Notes: generated by a model from the letters alone, not told the origin. Positions 34,828 to 44,617 are shown, numbered from the stretch's first letter. The stretch is 64,000 nucleotides of DNA from an uncultured Bacteroidales bacterium (GCA_937916355.1 CALFTM010000049.1:19-64018), one strand, 5' to 3'. Made by a program: numbers and translations.

Positions 34828-36003
34828 TTATTTTTTTTCTTTTTTATATATCGTCGTATCACTCATGTCCGTAGTAGAGAGACCTTTTCTTTTTCTCCAC
34901 TTCAGATACAAGAAATAAAATATCTCTCCCGAATATCCTCCCATACCAGTACCTAATAAAGCATAGACAAGACGGACATTGTATTGTTTTTCCATAAACA
35001 AATAACCTCCGATGAAAAGGAGAAAAATCACCAACACAATTTGTGTGGAGGTGGCAAGGAAACCAGAAAAGTCGTTATACTCTTCGTTCAGCCAACAATA
35101 GATGACACAGAAAAGGAACGTCACGACAAGCCCCAATATAAACGCATGAGTATCGGTCATATTGTCTATCAGGCGATCGGGTTTCGTAAGCGTCGAAATA
35201 GAATAACCATGGATGGTCGTTCCACAGATACGTCTGCTACCATCGATTTTCACAGGTATTTCGTGGAAGTCCCTCAAATCTTTAAAATCACCCATCAGAA
35301 AAATGCGGTCCTTCACCTCTTCCGGGAACGGATTGTCATAAATATGAATCTTATCGAAGAACATCCGTTTGTAGTTTATCAATTCAGTATCGCCTTCACG
35401 AGCCTCCCACTTCTCATAAACATCCGGATATGCCATCTTCACAATCTCATGTACATAAGTACTCAACGTAGTATCTCCAAAAGTAAGAGTCTTGTTAAAA
35501 TTTCGGACTGTCTCATTCTCCACATTCACACAAGCCTCAACACAACCCGTCTCCTTCACGAAGAAAGACTCCTCCTTGCGGAAAGAGTCATAGGTTGGCA
35601 CCATCCTACATGCCGCAATCACATTTTTACAACGAGAAATGACCCTTACCAAACTGTCATTTGCAACCGTATCCATCGAATTAGGTCCAAAAATAACGTC
35701 CAGAGCAATCACCTTCGCACCCATATCATGAAGACGTTGAATTCCTCCGGCGATTTCAGCCCTTGAATAGCATCCCGAAATATCATACAAGACAATGTCT
35801 TGATTATAGTCCATCACCTCATCCGAATTACTATTCATGATTTCAAAATAGGTATCCGTGATGCTGAATTTATTTATCGTGGTACTTACAGGATCCATAA
35901 ATGCTGAACTAAAACCTATTTTACCCACGATGGTGCAAAGACATAAAATCACACAAAGCACCATCAACGCATGAGGGATATATTGCTTAAACAGTTTTTT
36001 CAT
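34828..36003 (-). CDS. Stand-alone CHASE2-domain membrane protein (no output domain)
   Basis: 391 aa. N-terminal TM, an extracytoplasmic region with IVLYDISG...IQRLHDMGAKVIALDVIFGPN, three C-terminal TMs and a short basic tail. Confidence 0.75.
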   Translation of the reverse strand: MKKLFKQYIPHALMVLCVILCLCTIVGKIGFSSAFMDPVSTTINKFSITDTYFEIMNSNSDEVMDYNQDIVLYDISGCYSRAEIAGGIQRLHDMGAKVIALDVIFGPNSMDTVANDSLVRVISRCKNVIAACRMVPTYDSFRKEESFFVKETGCVEACVNVENETVRNFNKTLTFGDTTLSTYVHEIVKMAYPDVYEKWEAREGDTELINYKRMFFDKIHIYDNPFPEEVKDRIFLMGDFKDLRDFHEIPVKIDGSRRICGTTIHGYSISTLTKPDRLIDNMTDTHAFILGLVVTFLFCVIYCWLNEEYNDFSGFLATSTQIVLVIFLLFIGGYLFMEKQYNVRLVYALLGTGMGGYSGEIFYFLYLKWRKRKGLSTTDMSDTTIYKKEKK

Positions 36004-36030
36004 ATTTTTAAACTATTTTTATGAATTTAG

Positions 36031-36038
36031 CAAAAATA
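36031..36038 (-). promoter_or_regulatory. -7 box (TAttTTTG on the minus strand) for the CHASE2-caspase operon
   Basis: Plus-strand CAAAAATA, 28 nt upstream of the CHASE2 ATG. Confidence 0.5.
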
Positions 36039-36158
36039 TAAAAGTTTAGGTTATAAACAAAATGAAAATTGAAACGAGAATCATTCTTCAAGGTGAGTTC
36101 TATGAAAAAGGAATTTATAAAAACCTCTCTAAAAAAGGAATCGCCCGAAGAATCACTC

Positions 36159-36192
36159 AATAAAAGCAAATCTCCGGACGATTTTTTTGCTT
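36159..36192 (-). terminator. Weak terminator-like hairpin after asd
   Basis: Minus-strand AAGCAAA ... TTTGCTT (7 bp, 15-nt loop) followed by TTATT. Confidence 0.4.
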
Positions 36193-36209
36193 ACGATAGC
36201 AGTCGACAA

Positions 36210-37223
36210 TTATTTTCTGATATCGTTCTCCTTTATAAGATATTCAGCGATCTGAACCGCATTAAGAGCCGCACCCTTCTTGATTTGGTCTCCCACGCAC
36301 CAGAAAGAGATTCCATTAGGATTGGAAAGGTCACCACGGACACGACCCACATAGACCTCATCTTTTCCAGAAACGAATAACGGCATAGGGTAAACCTTCT
36401 CTGCAAGATTGTCTTGAAGGATAACGCCATTTGCTTTTTCAAATGCCTTCTGAGCCTCTGCCACAGAGATTGGACGCTCAGTTTCACACCAAATTACCTC
36501 AGAGTGAGCACGCAAAGCTGGCACGCGCACACATGTTGCACTTACCGCCACGTCAGAGTGCATGATTTTACGAGTCTCGTTGAACATCTTCATCTCCTCC
36601 TTGGTGTAACCATTTTCAGTAGGAACATCCACCTGAGGAATCAAATTGTATGCAAGTTGATAAGCGAACTTGTTAACAGTAGGCTCTTCACCGCGTTCGA
36701 TTTGTCCATATTGAGTCTTCAACTCATCCATCGCTGCCGCTCCAGCCCCACTTGCAGCTTGATAAGTCGCCACATGTACCTTCTTGATGTGAGACAACTC
36801 CTCAAGAGGTTTAAGAGCGACAACCATCTGGATTGTCGTACAGTTAGGGTTGGCGATAATTCCACGCGGACGGTCTTTTGCGTCAGCCGCATTTACCTCA
36901 GGCACCACCAAAGGCACATCAGCATCCATACGGAATGCGCTGGAATTGTCAATCATCACGGCACCAAACTTGGTGATGTCTTCTGCAAACTCCTTAGAAA
37001 TACCTGCTCCCGCAGAGGTGAAAGCAATATCCACATCCTTGAAATCATCACCATGCTTCAACTCTTTTACGGTGTATTTCTTTCCTTTGAATTCATACTC
37101 TTTTCCCGCACTTCTGGAAGAACCGAAAAGAACCAGCTCATCCATAGGAAAATTTCTCTCTGCTAAGACACGAAGGAACTCCTGTCCTACGGCTCCACTT
37201 GCACCTACAATTGCAACTTTCAT
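36210..37223 (-). CDS. asd: Aspartate-semialdehyde dehydrogenase
   Basis: 337 aa. [14 protein letters not shown] Rossmann start and the active-site context [11 protein letters not shown]. Confidence 0.96.
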   Translation of the reverse strand: MKVAIVGASGAVGQEFLRVLAERNFPMDELVLFGSSRSAGKEYEFKGKKYTVKELKHGDDFKDVDIAFTSAGAGISKEFAEDITKFGAVMIDNSSAFRMDADVPLVVPEVNAADAKDRPRGIIANPNCTTIQMVVALKPLEELSHIKKVHVATYQAASGAGAAAMDELKTQYGQIERGEEPTVNKFAYQLAYNLIPQVDVPTENGYTKEEMKMFNETRKIMHSDVAVSATCVRVPALRAHSEVIWCETERPISVAEAQKAFEKANGVILQDNLAEKVYPMPLFVSGKDEVYVGRVRGDLSNPNGISFWCVGDQIKKGAALNAVQIAEYLIKENDIRK

Positions 37224-37276
37224 CTATCTATTAATTATTTGTTAATTATTTCTTGTTTTATGTTGTAAATAATTAG

Positions 37277-37284
37277 TACATTTG
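37277..37284 (+). promoter_or_regulatory. -7 box TAcaTTTG for the LTD-domain gene
   Basis: Exact TAnnTTTG 43 nt upstream of the ATG at 37327. Confidence 0.5.
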
Positions 37285-37295
37285 CAACGCCTGTG

Positions 37296-37303
37296 CAAAG
37301 ATA
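37296..37303 (-). promoter_or_regulatory. -7 box (TAtcTTTG on the minus strand) for asd, back-to-back with the divergent promoter
   Basis: Plus-strand CAAAGATA, about 73 nt upstream of the asd ATG. Confidence 0.5.
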
Positions 37304-37326
37304 AATTAACGAATAAAAAATTAAAA

Positions 37327-39084
37327 ATGAAACTGAGATTTTTATCTGTTTTGTTAGGAGTATTTTGCTCCTTTGGGGTGTTGCGCGCCCAAATTAGTGA
37401 AAATTTTGATGGAAACGCCCTATCTTCTACTTGGAAGGGGGATGTTTCAAAGTTTGAAATCGAAGATGGGAAATTGGTCTTATCGGACGATGGTAATGCC
37501 GGAACCTCCTTCATCTCAACCTACTCTACCGCAATGGACGATTGCCTCTGGGAGACCACAGTTCGATTGGGATTCAAACCTTCTGGCTCTAATTTCGTCC
37601 GAATTTACCTGACGAGCAACAGCATCGACTTCACAGAACCTATGGAAGGGTATTATCTACAAATCGGCAACGCTGACCGGAAAGTGTTGCTTTACCAAAT
37701 GAAGAATAAAACAGCCAAAAAACTGGCGGAAAGCGAGGAAAACCGACTCGACAATGAAACAATCGAATTGTCAGTCAAAGTAATCCGAAACAAAGATTCA
37801 GAGTGGAAAGTATATACTCAACTGAACGAAGAGAAGAGTTTTCGTGAGGAGTTCTCTGTAGTGGATTCGTCATTCCGCACCACAGCGTTCTCAGGAATCT
37901 ACTGCAAATACACCAAAACGAACTCCACAAAAATTTCAGTGGACAAATTCGTTATCGACGGAGAAGCAGTAGCCGATGAGACAAACGCCGCCATCCTCAA
38001 CACCCAAATCTCAGACACTTTAATAGCCGTCGCTTTTAGCGAGTGGGTGGACGAAGATTATTTAGATTACGAAGTTTCACCACAAATTGATTTTCATGCC
38101 TCTTGGAATCCTTCTCATACACAACTAAATCTACGACTGAATGAGGAACTTAAACAAGGGACCAAATATGAGCTATCCCTTAGCGACATCAGGGATTTTG
38201 CGGGAAACCGGTCTAACGACACGATCATACCATTCGCAAAAGTAGAACAAGCGGAAGAAGGCGACATCCTATTCACCGAGGTACTTTTCAACCCGAACAA
38301 AGAGGGTAGCGAATTTGTAGAGATATACAATGCAAGTGAGAAGGTTTTCGACCTCTCATCGTTGAAATTCTCAACCCGAAAATCTGCCGATTCTTCCCTC
38401 TATTCATCTAAACTAATTTCAAACACTCCCTTATTGCTATTCCCGGGAGAACTGAAAGTGCTGACTGCAAGTCAAGAAGGGGTGACAAATTTCTACCAAT
38501 CAAAAGAGGAGAACTTTGTCGTGATGAAATCATTCCCGTCATTACGAAATGAAACCGGAGCGATCGTGCTATTCAGAGCAAAAGACTCCCTTATCATCGA
38601 CAATTTTTACTATGAAAGTTCTATGCACGAAGAAAGCATTGAAAATGATGGGAAGGGCGTATCATTAGAACGTATTTACCTCGATGAAAACAAATGGAGT
38701 TCCGCCGCATCCGTCAATGGCTATGCCACTCCCGGCTATTGGTCAAAAGGGGGCGACAACGCCCACTCGTCTGGAATAGAAATAACCAGTTCTGAAATTT
38801 GCCGTCCGTACTATAATGGAGTTGATAGATTCTCTATAAAATACCATTTTGACCAACCTAACTATCAAATGATAGCCAAGGTATACTCTATTGATGGTCA
38901 ATATATTCGCTCTTTGGCAGAAAATGAGACGCTGGACATTCAAGGTGAGATTGCGTGGGATGGAACAAACCAAAACGGGAAGGCGCTACACCCTGCGCCC
39001 TACATCATCCGAATAGAAGCATTCCACAGCTCGTCAGGGAAAAGGTTCGGAAAATCATTTGTCGTATTGGTTACACACCCATAA
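37327..39084 (+). CDS. Secreted lamin-tail-domain (LTD) protein with a C-terminal FlgD-Ig-like domain
   Basis: 585 aa from MKLRFLSVLLGVFCSFGVLRAQ. LFTEVLFNPNKEGSEFVEIYNAS is LTD-like. The C-terminal IAWDGTNQNGKALHPAPYIIRIEA is FlgD-Ig-like. Confidence 0.8.
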   Translation: MKLRFLSVLLGVFCSFGVLRAQISENFDGNALSSTWKGDVSKFEIEDGKLVLSDDGNAGTSFISTYSTAMDDCLWETTVRLGFKPSGSNFVRIYLTSNSIDFTEPMEGYYLQIGNADRKVLLYQMKNKTAKKLAESEENRLDNETIELSVKVIRNKDSEWKVYTQLNEEKSFREEFSVVDSSFRTTAFSGIYCKYTKTNSTKISVDKFVIDGEAVADETNAAILNTQISDTLIAVAFSEWVDEDYLDYEVSPQIDFHASWNPSHTQLNLRLNEELKQGTKYELSLSDIRDFAGNRSNDTIIPFAKVEQAEEGDILFTEVLFNPNKEGSEFVEIYNASEKVFDLSSLKFSTRKSADSSLYSSKLISNTPLLLFPGELKVLTASQEGVTNFYQSKEENFVVMKSFPSLRNETGAIVLFRAKDSLIIDNFYYESSMHEESIENDGKGVSLERIYLDENKWSSAASVNGYATPGYWSKGGDNAHSSGIEITSSEICRPYYNGVDRFSIKYHFDQPNYQMIAKVYSIDGQYIRSLAENETLDIQGEIAWDGTNQNGKALHPAPYIIRIEAFHSSSGKRFGKSFVVLVTHP

Positions 39085-39091
39085 AAAAAAT

Positions 39092-39123
39092 TCCACGGAG
39101 GGAGCAATTCCTTCCGTGGATTT
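39092..39123. terminator. Bidirectional terminator between convergent genes
   Basis: TCCACGGAGGG ... CCTTCCGTGGA stem (one mismatch), with a preceding A-run and a following TTT. Confidence 0.75.
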
Positions 39124-39135
39124 ATCCTAACTCCC

Positions 39136-39909
39136 TTAGAAAAAATAGTAGGCGAAATTCACCGAAAAGGCTCCAAATTTCTTCTTCACCTTCTCTTTCA
39201 TAAATTTCTCCCGTTGAAAATTCATAAAGCCGAGGTCATATCCAATACCTCCTCTGAAATGCTTTAAGAAAACGATAGAGATTCCAAAATGTAATCCGCA
39301 ATCAAAACGTCTGTTCCTTTTCTCTCCATGTACGTTTTCTTCCTCAAACAAATCATTATCATACTTCTGGATGTCACTTTTCCCATCCTCTTTTGAGAAG
39401 CCTTTTTCATTCGCCATTAGAACCGCAGAAAAGTAGTGCCCGATTTGTGGAACAACATAAATGCCAGACACATCCAATGAATAACATGCCAACAATGGGA
39501 AATTCAAACACAGCATTCGCAATTTAGACTCCTCAAACACTTCATAACCCGTATTTTCAGTCTGATACCCCTTTTGCTGAAACATCACACCGCTCTCGAT
39601 AAACAAATTGCGGTTACGGAATGGAGCATAATCGACCAAACCACCAACATAGTAATGTAAAATCGGACGTTTGCCAATATATTGATTATCCGAGGAGGTG
39701 TACATATTGGCATTTCCAATACCTGCAACTACCGCAACATGAAGATTGTCCGGCAAAGAATCCTTTTTTTCCGTCTCCACCGTATCACTCACATCTTGCG
39801 ACAAGATAACCTCCAAACTATCATTTTGAGCCCATAGAGTTGTCGGCACTAAAGCGACAAATGTAAACATGGAACGCAAAATGATTTTTTTTATAAACAA
39901 CAATTTCAT
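39136..39909 (-). CDS. Outer-membrane beta-barrel (porin-family) protein
   Basis: 257 aa with a signal peptide, alternating beta-strand pattern and the C-terminal AYYFF. Confidence 0.75.
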   Translation of the reverse strand: MKLLFIKKIILRSMFTFVALVPTTLWAQNDSLEVILSQDVSDTVETEKKDSLPDNLHVAVVAGIGNANMYTSSDNQYIGKRPILHYYVGGLVDYAPFRNRNLFIESGVMFQQKGYQTENTGYEVFEESKLRMLCLNFPLLACYSLDVSGIYVVPQIGHYFSAVLMANEKGFSKEDGKSDIQKYDNDLFEEENVHGEKRNRRFDCGLHFGISIVFLKHFRGGIGYDLGFMNFQREKFMKEKVKKKFGAFSVNFAYYFF

Positions 39910-40054
39910 CTTCCTAAATTTGATTTTTTACACGATTTTGAATCCGACAACAAAATTCCGAAAAATAAACCATACAAAATAACATTTGCACGACTTTTTT
40001 TCTTAAAATTTTATAAAAAATCCTTTATGAATAAGCATTTTAAACGTCCATTAT

Positions 40055-40085
40055 TTTGTAGATGTTGATAATTTATGTAAATTTG
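40055..40085 (+). promoter_or_regulatory. Orphan consensus promoter TTTG-N19-TAaaTTTG with no downstream plus-strand gene
   Basis: TTTG at 40055..40058 and TAAATTTG at 40078..40085. The next plus-strand coding gene is more than 18 kb away. Confidence 0.45.
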
Positions 40086-40482
40086 CATTGTAATAATAAA
40101 CGAGATTTTAATTTAAATACTACCTACAATGTTTGCGATAAGCAAAAGACATAAATTCCTAAGGGATTCTTGTTGTTGTCAATTTGTGCCGTACACATTT
40201 GATAAGATAAGGTCCAATAATGAAAAACTTAGATGTCCGAAAATGGCGTACTTGTTTTTCAAAAAACCGACGGCACAATCCGTGACCGCCTCCTTCTTTT
40301 CAACATTCTATGTTTTAATATACAATTCAATTTTCTTTTTCATTTCACAGTGGAAAAGTCTTCCTGTTTTTTTGCGAGTTATTAGGTATTCGCTTTTCAG
40401 CGAATCTCTAAACCACAAAAAAGGACTATGAAAATTCTTCCTGTACATGTTAGTTAGTGAAGGCATTTCGATGCCTTCACTT

Positions 40483-40517
40483 AAAAAAATAAGGGACGTT
40501 TCACAACGTCCCTTATT
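40483..40517 (-). terminator. Rho-independent terminator downstream of the S9 peptidase gene
   Basis: Minus-strand AATAAGGGACG ... CGTCCCTTATT (11 bp) followed by TTTTTTT. Lies about 118 nt after the stop. Confidence 0.75.
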
Positions 40518-40635
40518 CAATCTAAACCTTAACTATGAAAAAATCTACCTGTTTTGTTTGCACTACAAAAGTACAACTTAAATTTATACCCACAAAATTA
40601 TTTGTGATTAAATTTTATTTTTTTACTGTAAAATT

Positions 40636-42783
40636 CTATAAGCAATTGATTATAAGTGATTTAATTTTTAAAGTCAGTTGCACTCTTTCTCTCCCAAGCA
40701 CATTATGTAAATGGCCGGGAAAAAGATAATAGCTTATATAGGGGGCTATCCCATTCAAAGAATTTGCTTTTTTTAAAAGAGAAAGGGTATGTTGCCACAG
40801 GACTACTGGGTCGTTATCGCAATGTATCAAACAGACTGGGGTACATAATTTACCAATCTGCTCCTTCAAATCTGCCTTTTCGTAAAATTGCTCTGAGTCT
40901 TTTCTTTCTCCCATATATCGCTCGGTGTACATTACCTCATAATAACGCCAATCGACAACCGCTCCCCCTGCAATACCCAACTTAAATCTATGGCGACTAT
41001 TCAACAGCATGGACAAAGAGATGTAACCTCCAAAACTCCAACCATATATGAAAAGCTTCGTCTTATCCACATATCCTTCATACTCCTTTAAAAACCAATC
41101 TAACGCATCATCATAATCTTCCATCTGCGGACGATTGATTTGTTGATAGATAGCAGACTCAAATTCGTACCCTCGGTTGGCAGAACCTCTGGGGTCTATG
41201 CAAAAAGTGATAAATCCACTGGAAGCCATCGTCTCCTCAAGACCTTTGGTGGAACTTCCAAACTTGTCGGTGATGAGTTGCACATGCGGACCTCCATAGA
41301 CATAAAAGAAAACAGGAACTTTCTCCTTCGTTTCTTCTACTGGGAAAATGATACGATAATATAATCGTCCTGACTTTTTATTTATAAACCCAATTTTCTT
41401 TCGTGGCACTCTTACATTTTGCAACGGGTTCTCCACTTTCAAACACTTTCCAAAAGGGAATATGATTTCACCCGGATTTTCACTACTTTCATGACAAAGG
41501 ATTATTTCATCTGAATTTTCCTGATAAAACAGATGGTTATATCCCCCACCACTGCTTAATACGGAAACTGTTCGGTCAATGAGAGAGACAGAAAGCACTT
41601 CTCGACCCAATGGAGAATGGCAGGTGGCAGCAAAAAGAAGAGCATCTTTGGAAGAAGAAAAACCATAGACTCTCGTAACATCCCACTCGCCTTCGGTCAG
41701 CGGTACAATTCTATTTTCACTTGTATTGAAACAGTACAAATGATTATGCCCCGAACGTTGTGAAAGGAAGCAAACACATTCCTCGCCACATGAGTTTGTG
41801 TAACAATAAAAAGGATTTTCTGGCTCAACATATTTCTCCGACCTTTCATCCCATAAAAATTGGATGAATTTTCCTGTTTGTGCGGAATATGCTTTGACCT
41901 GATAATATTTTTGAGAACGCTCTAATTCACACAAAAGAATTTTTGCGGAGTCGGCAGACCACGTCAAAGAGGTGATATAGGATTCAAAATGAGAGATTGT
42001 TGGGATAGTGATTGGATCGTCATATACATTGATGGAAACGGAGTTTTTTTTCTCCAAATCTAAAACGGACAGATGAACTTTCTCACTTGCGCTTCCAGCC
42101 ATCGGATATTTGAGCATCTCCACAGAAGCCATCGGATCAGCAATCTTCACAATGGGGTATTCTCCGACGGATGAATCATCTGTTTGATAAAAGAGTATTT
42201 TTTTACCATCGGGAGACCAATAAAAGAGGTCGTTGATACCAAACTCATTTCTCGATGGTGTCACATCTATCCTATAAAGAGGATTTTTTTCTTCGTAGAC
42301 AACCTCCAGTTCTCCTTTATCATCCAGTAAAACTATCTTTTTACCTGATGAAAAGGCTAAAATTCCATTATTATTGCATTTAGCATACAGGCATTCTCCC
42401 TGAATCTCCTTTTTCCACCTCAATACGAACATGGAGGATTCAGCAGACCAACGAAGAGAAAAAAAGAGATTTTCTTGTCTAAGATATAATTCAAATTCCC
42501 CCTCCACTTCCTTTCGATGATAAATCTTTGGAGAAAAAATCTTCTCTCCAACCACATCAGACAATGAACTGAATGAATGATAAAAAGGTTTGCAAAGAGA
42601 GTTGAAAGAGGTTGTATGTTCTTCTTGCGCAAGCACCTCCCTCTCTATTACAACAAATCCCTCATCGAAGAGCATGAAGTAATATTGCCCCAAAGAAAAA
42701 ATATCATTCGGTCTAAAAGGCAGATAAGAGTGGTAATTTGCCCCTCCTTGCACCCAATCCTCTTCACTCAACGTTTTCTGCAT
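40636..42783 (-). CDS. S9 family serine peptidase (DPP-IV / prolyl oligopeptidase-like)
   Basis: 715 aa. Beta-propeller-like N-terminal part and an alpha/beta hydrolase C-terminal part with the nucleophile GWSFGGY. Confidence 0.9.
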   Translation of the reverse strand: MQKTLSEEDWVQGGANYHSYLPFRPNDIFSLGQYYFMLFDEGFVVIEREVLAQEEHTTSFNSLCKPFYHSFSSLSDVVGEKIFSPKIYHRKEVEGEFELYLRQENLFFSLRWSAESSMFVLRWKKEIQGECLYAKCNNNGILAFSSGKKIVLLDDKGELEVVYEEKNPLYRIDVTPSRNEFGINDLFYWSPDGKKILFYQTDDSSVGEYPIVKIADPMASVEMLKYPMAGSASEKVHLSVLDLEKKNSVSINVYDDPITIPTISHFESYITSLTWSADSAKILLCELERSQKYYQVKAYSAQTGKFIQFLWDERSEKYVEPENPFYCYTNSCGEECVCFLSQRSGHNHLYCFNTSENRIVPLTEGEWDVTRVYGFSSSKDALLFAATCHSPLGREVLSVSLIDRTVSVLSSGGGYNHLFYQENSDEIILCHESSENPGEIIFPFGKCLKVENPLQNVRVPRKKIGFINKKSGRLYYRIIFPVEETKEKVPVFFYVYGGPHVQLITDKFGSSTKGLEETMASSGFITFCIDPRGSANRGYEFESAIYQQINRPQMEDYDDALDWFLKEYEGYVDKTKLFIYGWSFGGYISLSMLLNSRHRFKLGIAGGAVVDWRYYEVMYTERYMGERKDSEQFYEKADLKEQIGKLCTPVCLIHCDNDPVVLWQHTLSLLKKANSLNGIAPYISYYLFPGHLHNVLGRERVQLTLKIKSLIINCL

Positions 42784-42808
42784 AAAACATCGGTTTCATC
42801 GTGATTTT

Positions 42809-44593
42809 TTACGATAATTCACTCAATTCCAACCATCGAAGTTCTTTCTCATCAAGCTCTTCCATCAATTCTCCTATACGCATTGATTTTGCCATCAACT
42901 CATCTCCGGACAACACACCAGAAGAGAGTTCCTCCTCAAGTTTCTTTTTCTCTTCTTCCAGAACAGGAATCTGTTTGGATAATTCATCAAACTCACGCTG
43001 TTCTTTGAAAGATAGTTTTCTCGCACGCTCCTTTTGAGAACGTTCACGAGGGGCAGCAGTTTCCGTAATCCCCTTCTTCTTTTCCGCATTCTTTTTCTCT
43101 TCAGCCTCAAAAAAGGCTTTCATCTCTTTCCACTCCCTATAGTCTGTATAATTCCCCGGGAAATCCTGAATTACAGCATTGCCATGGAACACCAAAAGAT
43201 GGTCTACGACCTTATCCATAAAATAGCGGTCGTGAGAGATGACGATGATACAACCTTTAAAATTCTGCAGATACTCCTCCAAGACATTCAACGTCACAAT
43301 ATCCAAATCATTAGTAGGCTCATCCAACACTAAAAAATTAGGACTCTTCATCAAAACCGTACACAAATACAGTCTCCTGCGTTCTCCTCCACTCAACTTT
43401 TCGACATAGTTCTGTTGCTTTTCGGGAGAAAAGAGGAAATATTGTAAGAACTGAGATGCGGTCAACCTTCTTCCATCTCCGAGACGCACCTCCTCAGCAT
43501 GTTGTTTCACCGCATCAATCACCTTCATACCGGGATTGAAATTCATGCCTTGCTGACTATAATAACCAAAGCGGACAGTCTCTCCGATATCGAACGAACC
43601 ACTATCTGGTTTCTCCTCTCCCATCAGCATCTTCACAAAAGTAGATTTACCAGTTCCATTATTCCCAACAATCCCCATCTTCTCATATCGACTGAAATTG
43701 TAATAAAACTGGTCGGTTATTTTGATGTCTCCATAACTCTTCGTGATATACTTCGCTTCGAAAATCTTTGAACCGATGTAGCTCGCTTTGACATCCAATT
43801 GCAACGCCGAGTTATCTCTTTTAGCCTTCACCTTCTTTTCCAAATCGTGAAAAGCGTCTATACGATATTGCGCCTTACTTCCACGGGCTTGTGGTTGGCG
43901 ACGCATCCAATCCAACTCTTTACGATAGAGGTTATTAGCCCTTGCCATTTCAGCATTTTGAGCATCTGCACGTTCTTGTTTCTTCTCCAAATAGTAGGAG
44001 TAATTCCCTTTATATGCGAAAAGGCTCTCTTGGTCGATTTCCAAAATATCACTACAAATACGGTCAAGGAAATATCGGTCGTGCGTCACCATGAGCAACG
44101 CCATACGCGAACGTTTCAAATAATCCTCCAACCACTCCACCATATCGAGGTCAAGATGATTGGTCGGCTCATCTAAAATAAGCAGATTAGGTTGTTTCAC
44201 CAACACCAACGCAATCGCCACACGCTTCGTCTGTCCGCCTGATAAATTATTGGTATTCAATGAGAGATCGGTAATCTTCAATTTGCCCAATATTTGCTTC
44301 ATTTGGATTTCATGTCCAGACTCCACGCAAATCTCCAACAATGTTCTATTGGGTGTCAAAACAGGGTCTTGTTCCAAAATACCTACCTGAATATTACTTC
44401 TGAAAGTAACACTTCCCTCGTCATAAGACTCCTTTCCTGCGATGATATTCAACAATGTGCTTTTCCCAGCACCATTACGGGCGATTAGTGCCACACGCTG
44501 TCCTTCAAAAAGTCCAAAGGAGATTTTTCGGAACAGATAATTATCACCAAAAGATTTGCTTAAGTTATCAACCTGTAGGTAATGTAATGCCAT
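42809..44593 (-). CDS. ABC-F family ATPase (Uup-like, no TM domain)
   Basis: Two ABC cassettes (GAGKST and GTGKST Walker A; LSGGQTKR and LSGGERRR signatures) and a C-terminal coiled-coil tail. Confidence 0.93.
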   Translation of the reverse strand: MALHYLQVDNLSKSFGDNYLFRKISFGLFEGQRVALIARNGAGKSTLLNIIAGKESYDEGSVTFRSNIQVGILEQDPVLTPNRTLLEICVESGHEIQMKQILGKLKITDLSLNTNNLSGGQTKRVAIALVLVKQPNLLILDEPTNHLDLDMVEWLEDYLKRSRMALLMVTHDRYFLDRICSDILEIDQESLFAYKGNYSYYLEKKQERADAQNAEMARANNLYRKELDWMRRQPQARGSKAQYRIDAFHDLEKKVKAKRDNSALQLDVKASYIGSKIFEAKYITKSYGDIKITDQFYYNFSRYEKMGIVGNNGTGKSTFVKMLMGEEKPDSGSFDIGETVRFGYYSQQGMNFNPGMKVIDAVKQHAEEVRLGDGRRLTASQFLQYFLFSPEKQQNYVEKLSGGERRRLYLCTVLMKSPNFLVLDEPTNDLDIVTLNVLEEYLQNFKGCIIVISHDRYFMDKVVDHLLVFHGNAVIQDFPGNYTDYREWKEMKAFFEAEEKKNAEKKKGITETAAPRERSQKERARKLSFKEQREFDELSKQIPVLEEEKKKLEEELSSGVLSGDELMAKSMRIGELMEELDEKELRWLELSELS

Positions 44594-44617
44594 TTTATTT
44601 TTTAAGTCTTTTTGATA

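Noticed and set aside
25000-36100. Genomic island, prophage or integrative element explanation for the accessory-looking 25-36 kb stretch
   Set aside because: No integrase, transposase, tRNA-flanked boundary, direct-repeat att sites or phage structural genes are visible. The promoter style and visible base composition look like the rest of the window, though I computed no compositional or codon-usage statistics. I describe it as a variable chromosomal region, not a mobile island.
34984-37245. Long plus-strand ORFs 34984..35766, 36069..36380, 36414..37166 and 36850..37245
   Set aside because: They are antisense to, or overlap, the CHASE2 and asd genes, which have clear family signatures. They have no independent support.
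40129-40729. ORFs 40129..40431 (+), 40308..40520 (-) and 40535..40729 (+) in the long intergenic region
   Set aside because: They are Phe/Ser/Lys-rich AT-driven frames that run straight through the terminator hairpins or into the S9 peptidase 3' end. They are not credible proteins.
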